Assembly (NCBI GenBank): GCA_963674755.2
Contig: CAXXVS010000003.1
Coordinates: 2,464,001-2,528,000 of the forward strand
Direction of reading: 5' to 3'
Source: Desulfobacterales bacterium
GTDB lineage: Bacteria; Desulfobacterota; Desulfobacteria; Desulfobacterales; UBA5852
DNA length: 64,000 nucleotides
Below, piece after piece: positions 35,891-45,925 of the stretch. The notes under the pieces were generated by a model. That model was not told the DNA's origin. It saw only the letters and a list, made by a program, of their open reading frames with translations, and did no database searches. How positions within the stretch are numbered: the stretch's first letter is position 1; each line of letters begins with the position of its first letter. Made by a program: the position numbers and the translations under genes.

Positions 35891-36829
35891 TCAAGGGTGG
35901 CTGCGGGCGGTCCTGGATTTTGCCAGAATCAGCTCCCCCAGCACGCGCGTGATGGGTGTGTCGATGGGCGGAGCTAAGGTGCCGCCGGCCCGTGCAATCT
36001 CCATATTCAGGAAGCCGATCTCGGTTTCGCGCCCGTTGTTGAGATCCTGGAGGGTGGATATCAACTGCCCGTCGGCGCGGCGGCTGATCAGGAGCAGCTG
36101 ATCCATCAATTCGCGTTCCGCGAAGCGGATGCCGATGGCCGCAGCAACGGCGCTTGCCTCGGCGATAACGGCTTCGGCGATTGCTGCCACACCGGCATCC
36201 CGGTAAAAGATGCCGTTGTCGACACCCAGCAGCGGGCAAATCGAATTGAAGGCCGCATTGATGATCGCCTTTTTCCACGCCTGGGCGGCGATGTTTTCTT
36301 CGTGGCAAAAGCGCAACTCAGGTGTTGTAAGATGATCGACGAGGGCCGGCGCCTTGGCCGGGTTGCCGTGTACCACGCCTAAGGGTGATGCGGCGACTTC
36401 ACGAAAGCGGTATCGATATGGCGCTACGGTCTGACCGGTGGCGTATAAGACGCAGCGATAGATATCCGTAAACCCCGCATCGGCAAACGGCTGCTCCACA
36501 CCGAGACCGTTTTGCATCACGACGAGGGGCAGGGCGGCGAACCGGGTTTTCAGTTTTTCGGCGATCAGCTTGTTCGCCGTAGCTTTGGCGGTGAGGGCCA
36601 CGATGCCGTCATCGACGCGTTTGATCTCCGACAGGGAAACCGTTCCGACCTCCGTTTCCAGCGATTGACCGCCGGGCAGATCGACCTTAACCTCGATGGT
36701 CGCGGGGGCGGCTCCGTCGACACTCGTTCGGACGGCGGTCACCGGGGCGCCTTTGGCCGACAAAAACGCCGCCAGCGGCATCCCGATCGATCCGGACCCG
36801 ATGACATATATTCTCGATGGATCACTCAT
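35891..36829 (-). CDS. Ketopantoate reductase family protein
   Basis: IGSGSIG, MQNGLG, WKKAIINAAFN and STLQDL..RETEI. Confidence 0.88.
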   Translation of the reverse strand: MSDPSRIYVIGSGSIGMPLAAFLSAKGAPVTAVRTSVDGAAPATIEVKVDLPGGQSLETEVGTVSLSEIKRVDDGIVALTAKATANKLIAEKLKTRFAALPLVVMQNGLGVEQPFADAGFTDIYRCVLYATGQTVAPYRYRFREVAASPLGVVHGNPAKAPALVDHLTTPELRFCHEENIAAQAWKKAIINAAFNSICPLLGVDNGIFYRDAGVAAIAEAVIAEASAVAAAIGIRFAERELMDQLLLISRRADGQLISTLQDLNNGRETEIGFLNMEIARAGGTLAPPIDTPITRVLGELILAKSRTARSHP

Positions 36830-36961
36830 AGCAGCTCCTTATGGTGATGGTTCACCGTCGAAGGGATGGCGAACGATGAAAAATGCCCATGAAACCATCA
36901 TCATGATTGTGATAGAACGCAAGTCGCGAAAAATACGTTGGCCACACGAAAAAAACGAGGC

Positions 36962-37108
36962 TAGTACCCATCCATAAATAGCATCTTTCGACCCTGACCT
37001 GCGTTCTCCGCGGGTTTAGCGGCTGGGGCGTACTTGGGTACGCCTCGCCGCAAACCCTTGTGCGGCCTTGGTCAGGACCCAAAATCCGTCATCTCTGGAC
37101 GGGCACGA
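36962..37108. mobile_element. MITE-like element related to the 5081-5270 copy
   Basis: Degenerate TIRs TAGTACCCATCCATAAATA / CATCTCTGGACGGGCACGA; core GCGTT...GGCGTAC..GTACGCC...GCCTTG. Confidence 0.6.
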
Positions 37109-37124
37109 GGATTGGAAAATACCG

Positions 37125-37535
37125 ATGAAACACACCGGATCATGTCTTTGCGGCCAGGTGGTTTTCGAGATAGAGGGCGATTTTGAGCGATTCCTGCTTT
37201 GCCATTGCGAGCGTTGCCGTAAAGACACGGGCTCCGCCCATGCGGCCAATCTGTTTTCGTCCACGGCCAAACTGAAATGGGTGTCGGGCCAAAATAGCGT
37301 GAAAGTCCATAACTTCAAATCGACCGGGCACATCAAAAGCTTTTGTGCGGATTGCGGCTCAGCGCTCCCCAATATCCAGATGGATGGAACCCTGCTGGTC
37401 GTCCCGGCGGGGTGTCTCGACAGCGACGTCCCCATTCAGCCCCAAGGCCATATCTATTTTGCCAACCGGGCCAACTGGGACAACGACCTGGAGAAAGTGC
37501 CCCGCTTCGACCAACTGCCGGACGAAAGCGAATAG
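37125..37535 (+). CDS. GFA-family (Mss4-like) zinc protein
   Basis: GSCLCG, CHCERCRK and FCADCGS. Confidence 0.92.
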   Translation: MKHTGSCLCGQVVFEIEGDFERFLLCHCERCRKDTGSAHAANLFSSTAKLKWVSGQNSVKVHNFKSTGHIKSFCADCGSALPNIQMDGTLLVVPAGCLDSDVPIQPQGHIYFANRANWDNDLEKVPRFDQLPDESE

Positions 37536-37590
37536 GATCCGAGGGCGGGATTCGTGCGGCGCTTTAGTCACTTTCGATATAAGCCCTCCA

Positions 37591-37920
37591 CCTCTGGTGG
37601 AGGACCCGGAGCGGTTCTACCGATCCGGGGTGGCTTTACATCAATTGTTTTCTTCATTTTCTTGCACGTGCAAGAAAACGGAAGCAATCACGCCTCGGCG
37701 TGACAGGCTTCAAACGCCCGTGTCCCGCTCAACCCTGCGCGTCGTCGACACGGCCGGAGCGCGCGGAAACTCGCTTCGCTCAAACAGTCCGCGCGTTTTT
37801 TTCCGGCCGCATCGCCGATGCTCGGCGCGGGACAAAGGGAAATTCAAAACCAAAACCTCAAAAACTGTTTTCCAGCCCCCTTCGAGGGGGCTTCCTGAGG
37901 CCTCCCGCTAAGCGGGAGGA
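37591..37920 (+). repeat. Long structured dispersed repeat, family B, copy 2
   Basis: Shares the blocks listed for copy 1 (4410-4878). Confidence 0.82.
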
Positions 37921-37937
37921 GGCTCACCCCCGGTCTG

Positions 37938-38894
37938 TCAGACCGGAAAGGGCTGCAGGAGGATCAGCAATCCGCTGATCGTGAAGAACGAGCAGATGGT
38001 GGTGACCAGCATGGCCGCCGCGGCGAGCTCTTCCCGACCGTAGATCTGGGCCAGAATCGTATAGATGCTCATGGTCGGCATGGCGGCCAGGAGGACCGCG
38101 GCCGTTCTCAGCGGCGCTGCCATCATGGGGAGCCCCGCCAGGGACAGGAGCTGAATGGCCGCCAGGACGGCCAGCGGGTGAAAGACCAGCTTGCCCAGTA
38201 CAATCGGTGCCACGCGTTTGCCGAGGCCCTGCATGGGCAGCCCGACCAGGGCGCCGCCGATCACAAACAGGGCCAGGGCCCCGCTGGCCGGGGCCAGAAT
38301 GCCGACGGTTTGGACCAGGGCCGCGGGCAATTGCCACCCGGCAAGGGACACCCCGAATCCGGCAAAGATGCTGATGATGATGGGGTTCGAGACCAGCCGC
38401 CTGAACGAATGGCCAACCACACGGTACCACCGGTCCGGCGTGCCGCAGCTGCGGTCTGCCATGACCAGCAGCAGCGGGATGATAACCAGGTTTTCCACGA
38501 TCATGTTGAGGGCCAGGGCCACGGCGGAAATGGGCGCCATGGTCAGCAGGAGGATCGGATAGCCGACAAAGGCGCTGTTGGAACAGGACATGCCCATGGC
38601 ATAGATGGTGCTGGTGGTTGCATCCTGTCCGGCCAAACGCCGGGACCAGAAATAGCCGCTGCCGAGCAGGCTCAGCGTGCCGGTTGCGTAGGCCAGCAGA
38701 TAACGGCTGTCGAGAATTTCGCCAATCGGACGTTGCGACAAGGACTTGAACAGCAGGGCCGGCAAGGCAAAACTGACCACAAATTTCCCGAGAACCCCCA
38801 TGTCCGCCTTGGTGAACCGGCCCAGACGGGTTGCGGCAAAACCAATTGCAATGATGATGTAGATGGGGCCGGTTATGGAGAGAATGTCAAGCAT
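37938..38894 (-). CDS. AEC-family transporter
   Basis: About 10 TM helices; FALPALLF, SNSAFVGYP and KLVFHP. Confidence 0.9.
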   Translation of the reverse strand: MLDILSITGPIYIIIAIGFAATRLGRFTKADMGVLGKFVVSFALPALLFKSLSQRPIGEILDSRYLLAYATGTLSLLGSGYFWSRRLAGQDATTSTIYAMGMSCSNSAFVGYPILLLTMAPISAVALALNMIVENLVIIPLLLVMADRSCGTPDRWYRVVGHSFRRLVSNPIIISIFAGFGVSLAGWQLPAALVQTVGILAPASGALALFVIGGALVGLPMQGLGKRVAPIVLGKLVFHPLAVLAAIQLLSLAGLPMMAAPLRTAAVLLAAMPTMSIYTILAQIYGREELAAAAMLVTTICSFFTISGLLILLQPFPV

Positions 38895-39252
38895 GGGCTT
38901 TCAGCAATTCCGTAGAGTAGATGATTCCGGGTGGTCGGACCCGGTCGTCATTTTTAAGTTGTTCGACCGGCTCTCGATTCGGGCCTGCTTGCCGATGGTC
39001 TTGCCATTTTAACTACAAAACGGGCCGTGCCAAGTTATTTGTCGGGTATTGTCGATGAATTTTTCTGAAAGGTGCATTTAAAGCTTCCGAAAATGTAAAA
39101 TGGATCGCGCTTTAATGGGCGGCCTGATGACCTCCTATGACCTTTTGCGCGGCCCGCCCGTTAACCGGAGCGGAAAGTTTGAAACATCTCTTGAATATTA
39201 AAGGCATCGTCAAGTTCAACATATTGCAAAAAAGGTTCTTGATGAACTGCGC

Positions 39253-39885
39253 ATGCGTATTTCTGAAGAGGATACAGAGTATTCCATTGCTGAAAAGGCG
39301 ACGGCGCTTCTTTCGGCCAAGGGCATTCGTGATACATGGTATTATGATTGCCCGGCGCTTGTATTGCTGGGGGCGCGAAGCTGTTTGTCAATTTCGGGCC
39401 GAGCGTATGTACCGGGCCGCCGTGAGCAAGTTGGAAAACATAACTTGGTAACCGTCGATTTGAGCCCATCGATCGATAATGTCTGGGGTGACTGCGCCCG
39501 TAGTTTTTATATCGAAGATGGCCATTGCCGAAACATGCCCCGGACGCACGCGTTTTCAGTGGGGGCAATGTTTCAAGGGCGGTTGCATAAATCGCTTTTG
39601 GATTTCGCAACCCCGGCCACCACTTTTGAAGAACTCTACCGCTTCGGTAATACCCAAATTGAGGCGGCCGGATTTCAGAATCTGGATTTTCGTAAAAATC
39701 TGGGACATAGCATTGCAAGCCGCACCAAAGATCGCTGTTTCATTGAAGACGGCAATACACGTTGCCTTGGAGAGATTGCCTTATTCACCTTCGAACCGCA
39801 CATCCGGTTTAAAGAAGGCCCGTGGGGATTCAAGCATGAGAATATCTACTTCTTTGATCAAAATGGCCATCTTGAAGAGCTCTGA
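39253..39885 (+). CDS. M24-family metallopeptidase (possibly 5'-damaged)
   Basis: TVDLSP..WGDCAR, NLGHSI, FEPH and HENIY metal ligands. The reading frame stays open upstream to about 39202. Confidence 0.8.
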   Translation: MRISEEDTEYSIAEKATALLSAKGIRDTWYYDCPALVLLGARSCLSISGRAYVPGRREQVGKHNLVTVDLSPSIDNVWGDCARSFYIEDGHCRNMPRTHAFSVGAMFQGRLHKSLLDFATPATTFEELYRFGNTQIEAAGFQNLDFRKNLGHSIASRTKDRCFIEDGNTRCLGEIALFTFEPHIRFKEGPWGFKHENIYFFDQNGHLEEL

Positions 39886-39956
39886 GCATCGGTCCTGAGG
39901 GACCGCTAGTGATCGATGCCCCGCAACCGCCAATTTGAATCCAGAGGGGAAATCTT

Positions 39957-40460
39957 GTGACAGAAGTGGAAACGCTGGAGATCAGCCGGGCGACCGAGGA
40001 CGATCTTGAAGGCATCCTGGAATTGCAGGCCGCCAATCAGGCCGAAAAGGGCGGTCGTTTGTCGGTCAGTCTGCCGCGTTCCCAGATTTTGGCCATGATG
40101 GGGGCTATGCCGCTTCTGGTTGCACGGCGCCGGGGCCGCGTGATCGGTTTTCTCATGACGAGCACGCGGGCGATGAATGCCGATATCCCCATCATCAATG
40201 CGATGCTCGCGGCTTACGATCACCAGGATGACGCCTATGTTTACGGCCCCATCTGCGTCGATGTGGACGCGCGCGGCCAGGGCATCGCGCAAGCCATGTT
40301 CACCGAATTGCGACGCTTGCAACCGGGGCGCGAGGGCGTGCTCTTCGTCCGGCGGGACAACACCGCCTCCCTGCGCGCCCACGCAAAAATGGCAATGCGC
40401 GAGGTGGGCTCCTTCGCGTTCAGGGGCATGGATCATGCTGTTTTTTCTTATGTCGGTTGA
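39957..40460 (+). CDS. GNAT-family acetyltransferase
   Basis: YGPICVD..ARGQGIA and NTASLRAH. Confidence 0.85.
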   Translation: MTEVETLEISRATEDDLEGILELQAANQAEKGGRLSVSLPRSQILAMMGAMPLLVARRRGRVIGFLMTSTRAMNADIPIINAMLAAYDHQDDAYVYGPICVDVDARGQGIAQAMFTELRRLQPGREGVLFVRRDNTASLRAHAKMAMREVGSFAFRGMDHAVFSYVG

Positions 40461-40860
40461 CGTGCAGCACAAGGGAGCAGGAGAAGCGCGATTGCGCTAA
40501 CCCGGATTCTTCTCATGTTGCCCCAACACGGCCGTCAATCGGACCGCCCCAGGGCGACACTTTGGCAGACGCTTCGATCCGTGCGACAGCTTTTCCGCAA
40601 ACCACCGCCAATCAAAAGAACCGATCATTCGGCCCCGTCCCGACGGGCTGATCTGAAACACGGCATGTTCCCATGGCACAAGCCGGACCATCTGCGTTGG
40701 GAAATGCAAGGCCTTGTATTCTAAACCTTATGGTTTGATTCGTCGAACGATGCATGCTAACTTTTTCACATTCATGCTGCGATTTCGGCAAGAGATCCAA
40801 TGCCGTCCCATTTCCTGGAATCCATCGAATGCTGAGGGGTGCTCAAGTCAGAGAGGTGCG

Positions 40861-41091
40861 ATGAAGCGGTTTGCGTTGGGCCATCAATGCCCGTCCTGTT
40901 ATCAATTCTTCCGGTATCGGATCCGCCGCCATTTTTTTATGCGCCTTATACCGGGATCACGGCACTACCTTTGTGACTATTGCGGCTGCACATCGCTTTC
41001 TTTATTCAAGCGGGCATCCATTCGGATGGGGCGCTTTCCCATTGGGAAAATAAAAGCCGTTCTCGATGCAGCCAAAACCAGGACGGAATGA
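40861..41091 (+). CDS. Small zinc-ribbon protein
   Basis: GAGG RBS; CPSC...CDYC. Confidence 0.5.
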   Translation: MKRFALGHQCPSCYQFFRYRIRRHFFMRLIPGSRHYLCDYCGCTSLSLFKRASIRMGRFPIGKIKAVLDAAKTRTE

Positions 41092-41283
41092 AGGGCGCTC
41101 ATCCAAAAGCCGGTGCAATCCTCCCCAATATGGTGCCCCACGAGGCTGTGAAGGAAACCCGCCTAGGGGTGTTGCACCTGCCTGATCAGCGTCTACTGCA
41201 ACAACTACTTAAATCCGGCCGGCTGTCTGCCGGACGACAAGACGCGCCTCCTGGAAGAGATTGACCAGGAGGGTCCCCAACTC

Positions 41284-44200
41284 TCAATCGCCCGGGTTTA
41301 TGATGCGGCGGATTTTGCGGGAGAGTTCCCCCAGGTCGAAGGGCTTCTGCGCGAAACCGCTGCAGCCCCGCTGCATGATGGCCCGGGCCTGCCCGTCGAG
41401 GCTGTATCCGCTGGACAGCAGGACCTTCACCTCGGGATCGATGGCCCGCAGCCGGTCGAACACCTCGCCCCCGCCCATGCCGGGCATGATCAAATCCAAA
41501 ATGACCAAAGCGATTTCTTCCCGCTGCTCCTCGAAGAGCTGCAGGCCTTGCGGGCCGTTTTCGGCGGTCAGGACTTCGTAGCCGAGCCGTGCCAGCATGA
41601 CGCGCCCAAGATCTCGGATGAGTTTTTCATCGTCCACGAGCAATATTCGGCCCGATCCCGTGACAATTTCCGACGGCGCGGCTTTCTCGGAAGGCACGGT
41701 TTTTTTCGAGGCCGGCAAGTAGATCGTGAAGGTGGTTCCCTCCCCGGGTTCGCTGGCTACGGTGATGATGCCGGCATGGCCTGAAACGATGCCGTAGGCC
41801 GCGGCTAGCCCCAGGCCGGTTCCCCGCGAGATCTCCTTGGTGGTGAAGAACGGTTCGAAAATGCGCCGCTGGGTTTCGGCATCCATCCCGGAGCCGGTGT
41901 CCTGTACGGTGATTTTGACGTAGCGGCCGGGTTTGAGGTCGTATGGTCGCACAAAGACCTCGTCCAGCACAGCGTTTTCGGCAGCGAGATATAGTTCGCC
42001 CGGCCCCTCCATGGCCTGCCAGGCATTGACGTACAAGTTCAGCAGTACCTGCTCGATCTGGGTGCGGTCCACCTCGACGGCCCACAGGCCGTTTCGGGCC
42101 GCCACCTGGATCTTGATTTCCTTATGGGTTCGCCCGAACATCTCCGCGCTTTGTTGGACCAGCGCGTCCAGGTCGACCGGCCGGATCTCGTATTTCCCGC
42201 CGCGGGCGTAACCCAGCAATTGCCGGGTCAGGTCGGCCGCGCTACGCACATAGGATTCGATCTCGCAGAGGTGCTCCCGGAAGGGGTGGTCGGCGTCGAT
42301 ATCCTCCAGCATGAGAGAAATGCGGCCCCGGATGCCGGTCAGAAGATTGTTGAAATCGTGGGCCACCCCGCCGGCCAGGGTGCCGACAGCTTCCATTTTC
42401 TGGGCCTGCTGGAATTTGGATTCCAGTTCCCGGCGTTCCTGCTCGGCCTTCTTGATCGCGCTGATATCCCGGAAGATGGACAGCACCGCTGTGGCGCCGG
42501 CATGGACGATGCGGACACCGGTGGCCTCCACCACGATGGTTTGGCCGTCCATGCGGCGGTAATGCTGTTCCATGGGCGGGAGCTGTTCGCCCCTGGTGGA
42601 GACATCTTCCAGGCGTTGGCGGACGGTCTCGCGGTCATCGGGATGGACAATATCAAGAAGATTTTTCCCGATGATCTGCCGTGGTTCGTCAGCCCCCAGC
42701 AGGCGTGCGCCCCGGGGATTGATGTAGACGATTAGGCCTTCGATATGCAGCAACACCGCCTCGGGTGACATTTCCACCAGCCTGCGATAACGGGCTTCGC
42801 TCTCCTTGAGGGCATCCTCGGAGCGCACCTGCTCGGTAATGTCCAAGAGAAAGCCTTCCAGGATCTGCCGGTCCGGTATCTCTTCGACGATCCGGGCGTT
42901 GACCTGAACCCAGATGATCCGGCCATCCTTGCGAAGCAATCGCATGCGCCGGTCGGCGATGAACCCCTGGACGAACATGGCCTGTAAATTGTCTTGACGG
43001 TCTTGACGATCGACATAGATTTGGTTGATATCCGCGACTTGCGCCACTAGTTCTTCCGGAGAAGGGTAGCCCAGGATCGTTGCCATGCGCGGATTGGCGA
43101 AAACGAACTTCCCCTCCACGGTTACCTGATAGATGCCCAGGAGGGCGTTGTTGATGATGGCCCTGAGCTGTTCGCGGTTCCCCCGCAAAGCCGTTTCCGC
43201 CTGGCGGCGCTGGTCAACCATGGCGTTGGCGGATTCGGCCAGCGCGGCAAATTCAGTGAAGGTCAAGTCTTCGGGCTCAATCCGAATGGATTCGCCGGCG
43301 GCCTTGTCGAAAAACACGGTGAGCATCCGAAGGCTTTTTTCGATCTTGGACGACAAAAAGCGGGCCGCCAGCAATACAAGTACCAGGAGGGAGACCAGGG
43401 CCAGGAGGATTTTGACGACTTCGGATCGAAGCTCTTGGCGCATGAGGCGGCGCTGGTCGGCGATGAGCTGGTCCATTTCGTCCACGTAGAGGCCGGCTCC
43501 TACGTACCACTGCCAGTCGGATATCCCGGCGGCATAGCTGATTTTGGTCACCTTGCGCCGGCCTTCGATCTCGGGCATGACATAGCTGACGAAACCCCCG
43601 CCGGCCTTGGCTGCGGCAATGAGGTCCCGGACCACCGGGAACCCGTTGGCATCGGTCGTGTCGATCATGTTTTTTCCGGCAGCGGGGCCTGACAGGCTTA
43701 CACCGTCCCACCGGCCGGTGAAGACATATCCCTCCTTTCCCATGTGGATGCTGTCGAGCCACGCCAGCACCTCCTGCTGGACATCCCTTTCCACCTCGTC
43801 GAGGTAATCGCCGGTGCCGACGTACCAGTCGAGGGAAGCGACGTATTTGACAAACGAAATTTTGGGGAAGGTTTGGGAGGACGCCCTACCCGGTTTGGGC
43901 CAGCAGCCCACGACAAAGCCTTCGCCTGTGGTGCGGACGACCTCCAACTCATGGCGAATCACGTAGGCGCCCTCTGAATCCCTAAGATCGATGAGGTTGT
44001 GACCTTCCAATGCAGGCCGGACAGGGTAGAGTTGCTCCATGCCGTCCATAGCGACGGCAAAATAATATCCGCGTCCCCTGTTGAACCGAATGGGGCGCAA
44101 AGCTTCGCGGATCATATCCTTGATGGCCGCGTCGGACATCGTTCCATGGTTCTGTTCATAGAGGTGGTTCGCGATCTGCCAGGCTTCGTGGGTCCGATTG

Positions 44201-44457
44201 CGGATGTTGCGCCTCAAGCGCGCTCTGGTTTGGGACTTTTTGAATTCGATGTAAGCAACGATGTTATCGACTTCGCTCTTGATCCGCTCCTTCTGGCTTG
44301 CCATGAACTCCGATCGCATGCGTTCGGTCATCCGGTCGAAACGCTTATACTCCCAGGCAACCCACAGCAGGCCCAGCAAGACACAGGCGAGGGTCGTGCA
44401 GGCGATCAGGTTGTAGAAGAACACGCGGGTCAGCTTGGTTGTTTTTGGCGCGGCCAT
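41284..44457 (-). CDS. Hybrid sensor histidine kinase (Cache domains, PAS, HisKA, HATPase, REC)
   Basis: [18 protein letters not shown] and LVDDE..LDLIMP. Start placed at MAAPK. Confidence 0.92.
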   Translation of the reverse strand: MAAPKTTKLTRVFFYNLIACTTLACVLLGLLWVAWEYKRFDRMTERMRSEFMASQKERIKSEVDNIVAYIEFKKSQTRARLRRNIRNRTHEAWQIANHLYEQNHGTMSDAAIKDMIREALRPIRFNRGRGYYFAVAMDGMEQLYPVRPALEGHNLIDLRDSEGAYVIRHELEVVRTTGEGFVVGCWPKPGRASSQTFPKISFVKYVASLDWYVGTGDYLDEVERDVQQEVLAWLDSIHMGKEGYVFTGRWDGVSLSGPAAGKNMIDTTDANGFPVVRDLIAAAKAGGGFVSYVMPEIEGRRKVTKISYAAGISDWQWYVGAGLYVDEMDQLIADQRRLMRQELRSEVVKILLALVSLLVLVLLAARFLSSKIEKSLRMLTVFFDKAAGESIRIEPEDLTFTEFAALAESANAMVDQRRQAETALRGNREQLRAIINNALLGIYQVTVEGKFVFANPRMATILGYPSPEELVAQVADINQIYVDRQDRQDNLQAMFVQGFIADRRMRLLRKDGRIIWVQVNARIVEEIPDRQILEGFLLDITEQVRSEDALKESEARYRRLVEMSPEAVLLHIEGLIVYINPRGARLLGADEPRQIIGKNLLDIVHPDDRETVRQRLEDVSTRGEQLPPMEQHYRRMDGQTIVVEATGVRIVHAGATAVLSIFRDISAIKKAEQERRELESKFQQAQKMEAVGTLAGGVAHDFNNLLTGIRGRISLMLEDIDADHPFREHLCEIESYVRSAADLTRQLLGYARGGKYEIRPVDLDALVQQSAEMFGRTHKEIKIQVAARNGLWAVEVDRTQIEQVLLNLYVNAWQAMEGPGELYLAAENAVLDEVFVRPYDLKPGRYVKITVQDTGSGMDAETQRRIFEPFFTTKEISRGTGLGLAAAYGIVSGHAGIITVASEPGEGTTFTIYLPASKKTVPSEKAAPSEIVTGSGRILLVDDEKLIRDLGRVMLARLGYEVLTAENGPQGLQLFEEQREEIALVILDLIMPGMGGGEVFDRLRAIDPEVKVLLSSGYSLDGQARAIMQRGCSGFAQKPFDLGELSRKIRRIINPGD

Positions 44458-44631
44458 GGCAACATGCCCTCTCAATGATGGATGAACGTCGCGCGGCCGT
44501 GCGGCGTTGCCTCCATAAAATGGCATTATAGCATATTTTGCGCTTTGGGCAGTGCTTGCAATTTTAGTCCCATGGGGACTAAATGGGATTGATCGCCCAT
44601 TTGATTCCATCCAGCAGCACGAGGAGGCAAC

Positions 44632-44836
44632 ATGGCTGTGTAGTCGCATGGCTGGTGCGGCCGGATTCTCGAAGTGGATCTTACCAACCGCCGCTTTCGA
44701 GACCATGCGTGCGGAATTCTACACCCTCCGGGGATGGGATACCGCTTCCGGGTGCCAACGCCGTTCGCACCTTGCCGCGCTCGACCTTGGCGATGTGGCC
44801 GATGCAATGACCGCTCTGGGGTACTTGGCAAACTAA
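44632..44836 (+). pseudogene. Collapsed aldehyde:ferredoxin oxidoreductase gene remnant
   Basis: GAGGAGG RBS, then MAV*SHGWCGRILEVDLT (AOR N-terminus) joined to FETMRAEFYTLRGWD..LAALDLGDVA (AOR C-terminus). Confidence 0.72.
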
Positions 44837-44892
44837 CGCTAGCCCCTAGCGGCGAATGACGATCACCGGTGTATCAATAAGGAACATCGCTT

Positions 44893-45768
44893 TTGCGCTA
44901 CGAAGGTCCCATCTACCGCCCGCCGAGCGAAGCCGACAGTCTGCTGATCCAGGCCACGGTGGGCTGCCCGCACAACAAATGCACCTTTTGCATGATCTAC
45001 AAGAAAGGGCCGCGCTATCGGGTGCGGCCGGTGGCCGACATCTGCGCGGACATCGATACGGCCCGCGCAGCTTACGGCGACAGCGTAAAGACCCTCTTTT
45101 TTCCGTCCGGTAACACCATTGCCATGCCGACCCACGAGCTGGCCGCCATCTGCCGGCATGCCATGGAACGCTTTCCCAAGATAGAGCGGATCACGGTCTA
45201 CGGATCGTCCCGCTACATCGTGCAAAAGGGGCTGGACGACCTGCAAACCCTCCGTGCGGCCGGCCTGCGCCGGATCCATGTAGGGCTTGAAAGCGGGGAC
45301 GACACGGTCTTGCAGCGGATCAAGAAGGGCACCACGGCCGCCGAACAGATCGCCGCCGGCCGGCTCGTCATGGCGGCGGGCATCGAACTCAGTGAGTATG
45401 TCATCCTGGGGATGGGCGGGATCGAACACACCGAAGCCCATGCCCGGCACACGGCGGCGGCCCTGAACGCCATCGCTCCGGATTTCGTGCGGCTGCGCAC
45501 CCTCGTGCCCAAGATCAACACCCTCCTGCTGCACGACATCAGGAAGGGCCGCTTTCAGCTCTTGTCGCCCCATGCGGTGCTGGCGGAAACCCGGCAGCTG
45601 ATAGCGCACCTCGAATGCCGCACCCGGCTTACCAGCGACCATTACAGCAACTACCTGAATCTAACCGGCTGGCTGCCGGATGACAAGGAACGCCTCCTGG
45701 GCGAGATCGACCGCGCCCTGACTTGGGATGAGGGCCGCTTTCGTCCCATGGTTGTCGGCACCCAGTAA
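44893..45768 (+). CDS. Radical SAM protein
   Basis: YRPPSEA..GCPHNKCTFC (CxxxxCxxC variant) and GLESG. Confidence 0.9.
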   Translation: MRYEGPIYRPPSEADSLLIQATVGCPHNKCTFCMIYKKGPRYRVRPVADICADIDTARAAYGDSVKTLFFPSGNTIAMPTHELAAICRHAMERFPKIERITVYGSSRYIVQKGLDDLQTLRAAGLRRIHVGLESGDDTVLQRIKKGTTAAEQIAAGRLVMAAGIELSEYVILGMGGIEHTEAHARHTAAALNAIAPDFVRLRTLVPKINTLLLHDIRKGRFQLLSPHAVLAETRQLIAHLECRTRLTSDHYSNYLNLTGWLPDDKERLLGEIDRALTWDEGRFRPMVVGTQ

Positions 45769-45925
45769 CCCCGATGTCGGCCGGACGCGGGCCTCGGATC
45801 CGCGTCCTGGCCGGGCAGCCCCTAAAGTATCCCCCCAAAATCCCGATATTGAACGGGAGGACGAAGCAGGTCAGGCCGGAGTGGCCCGCGAGCCCGATCC
45901 CCTCGCATCCCTCCCGGCATAAAGG

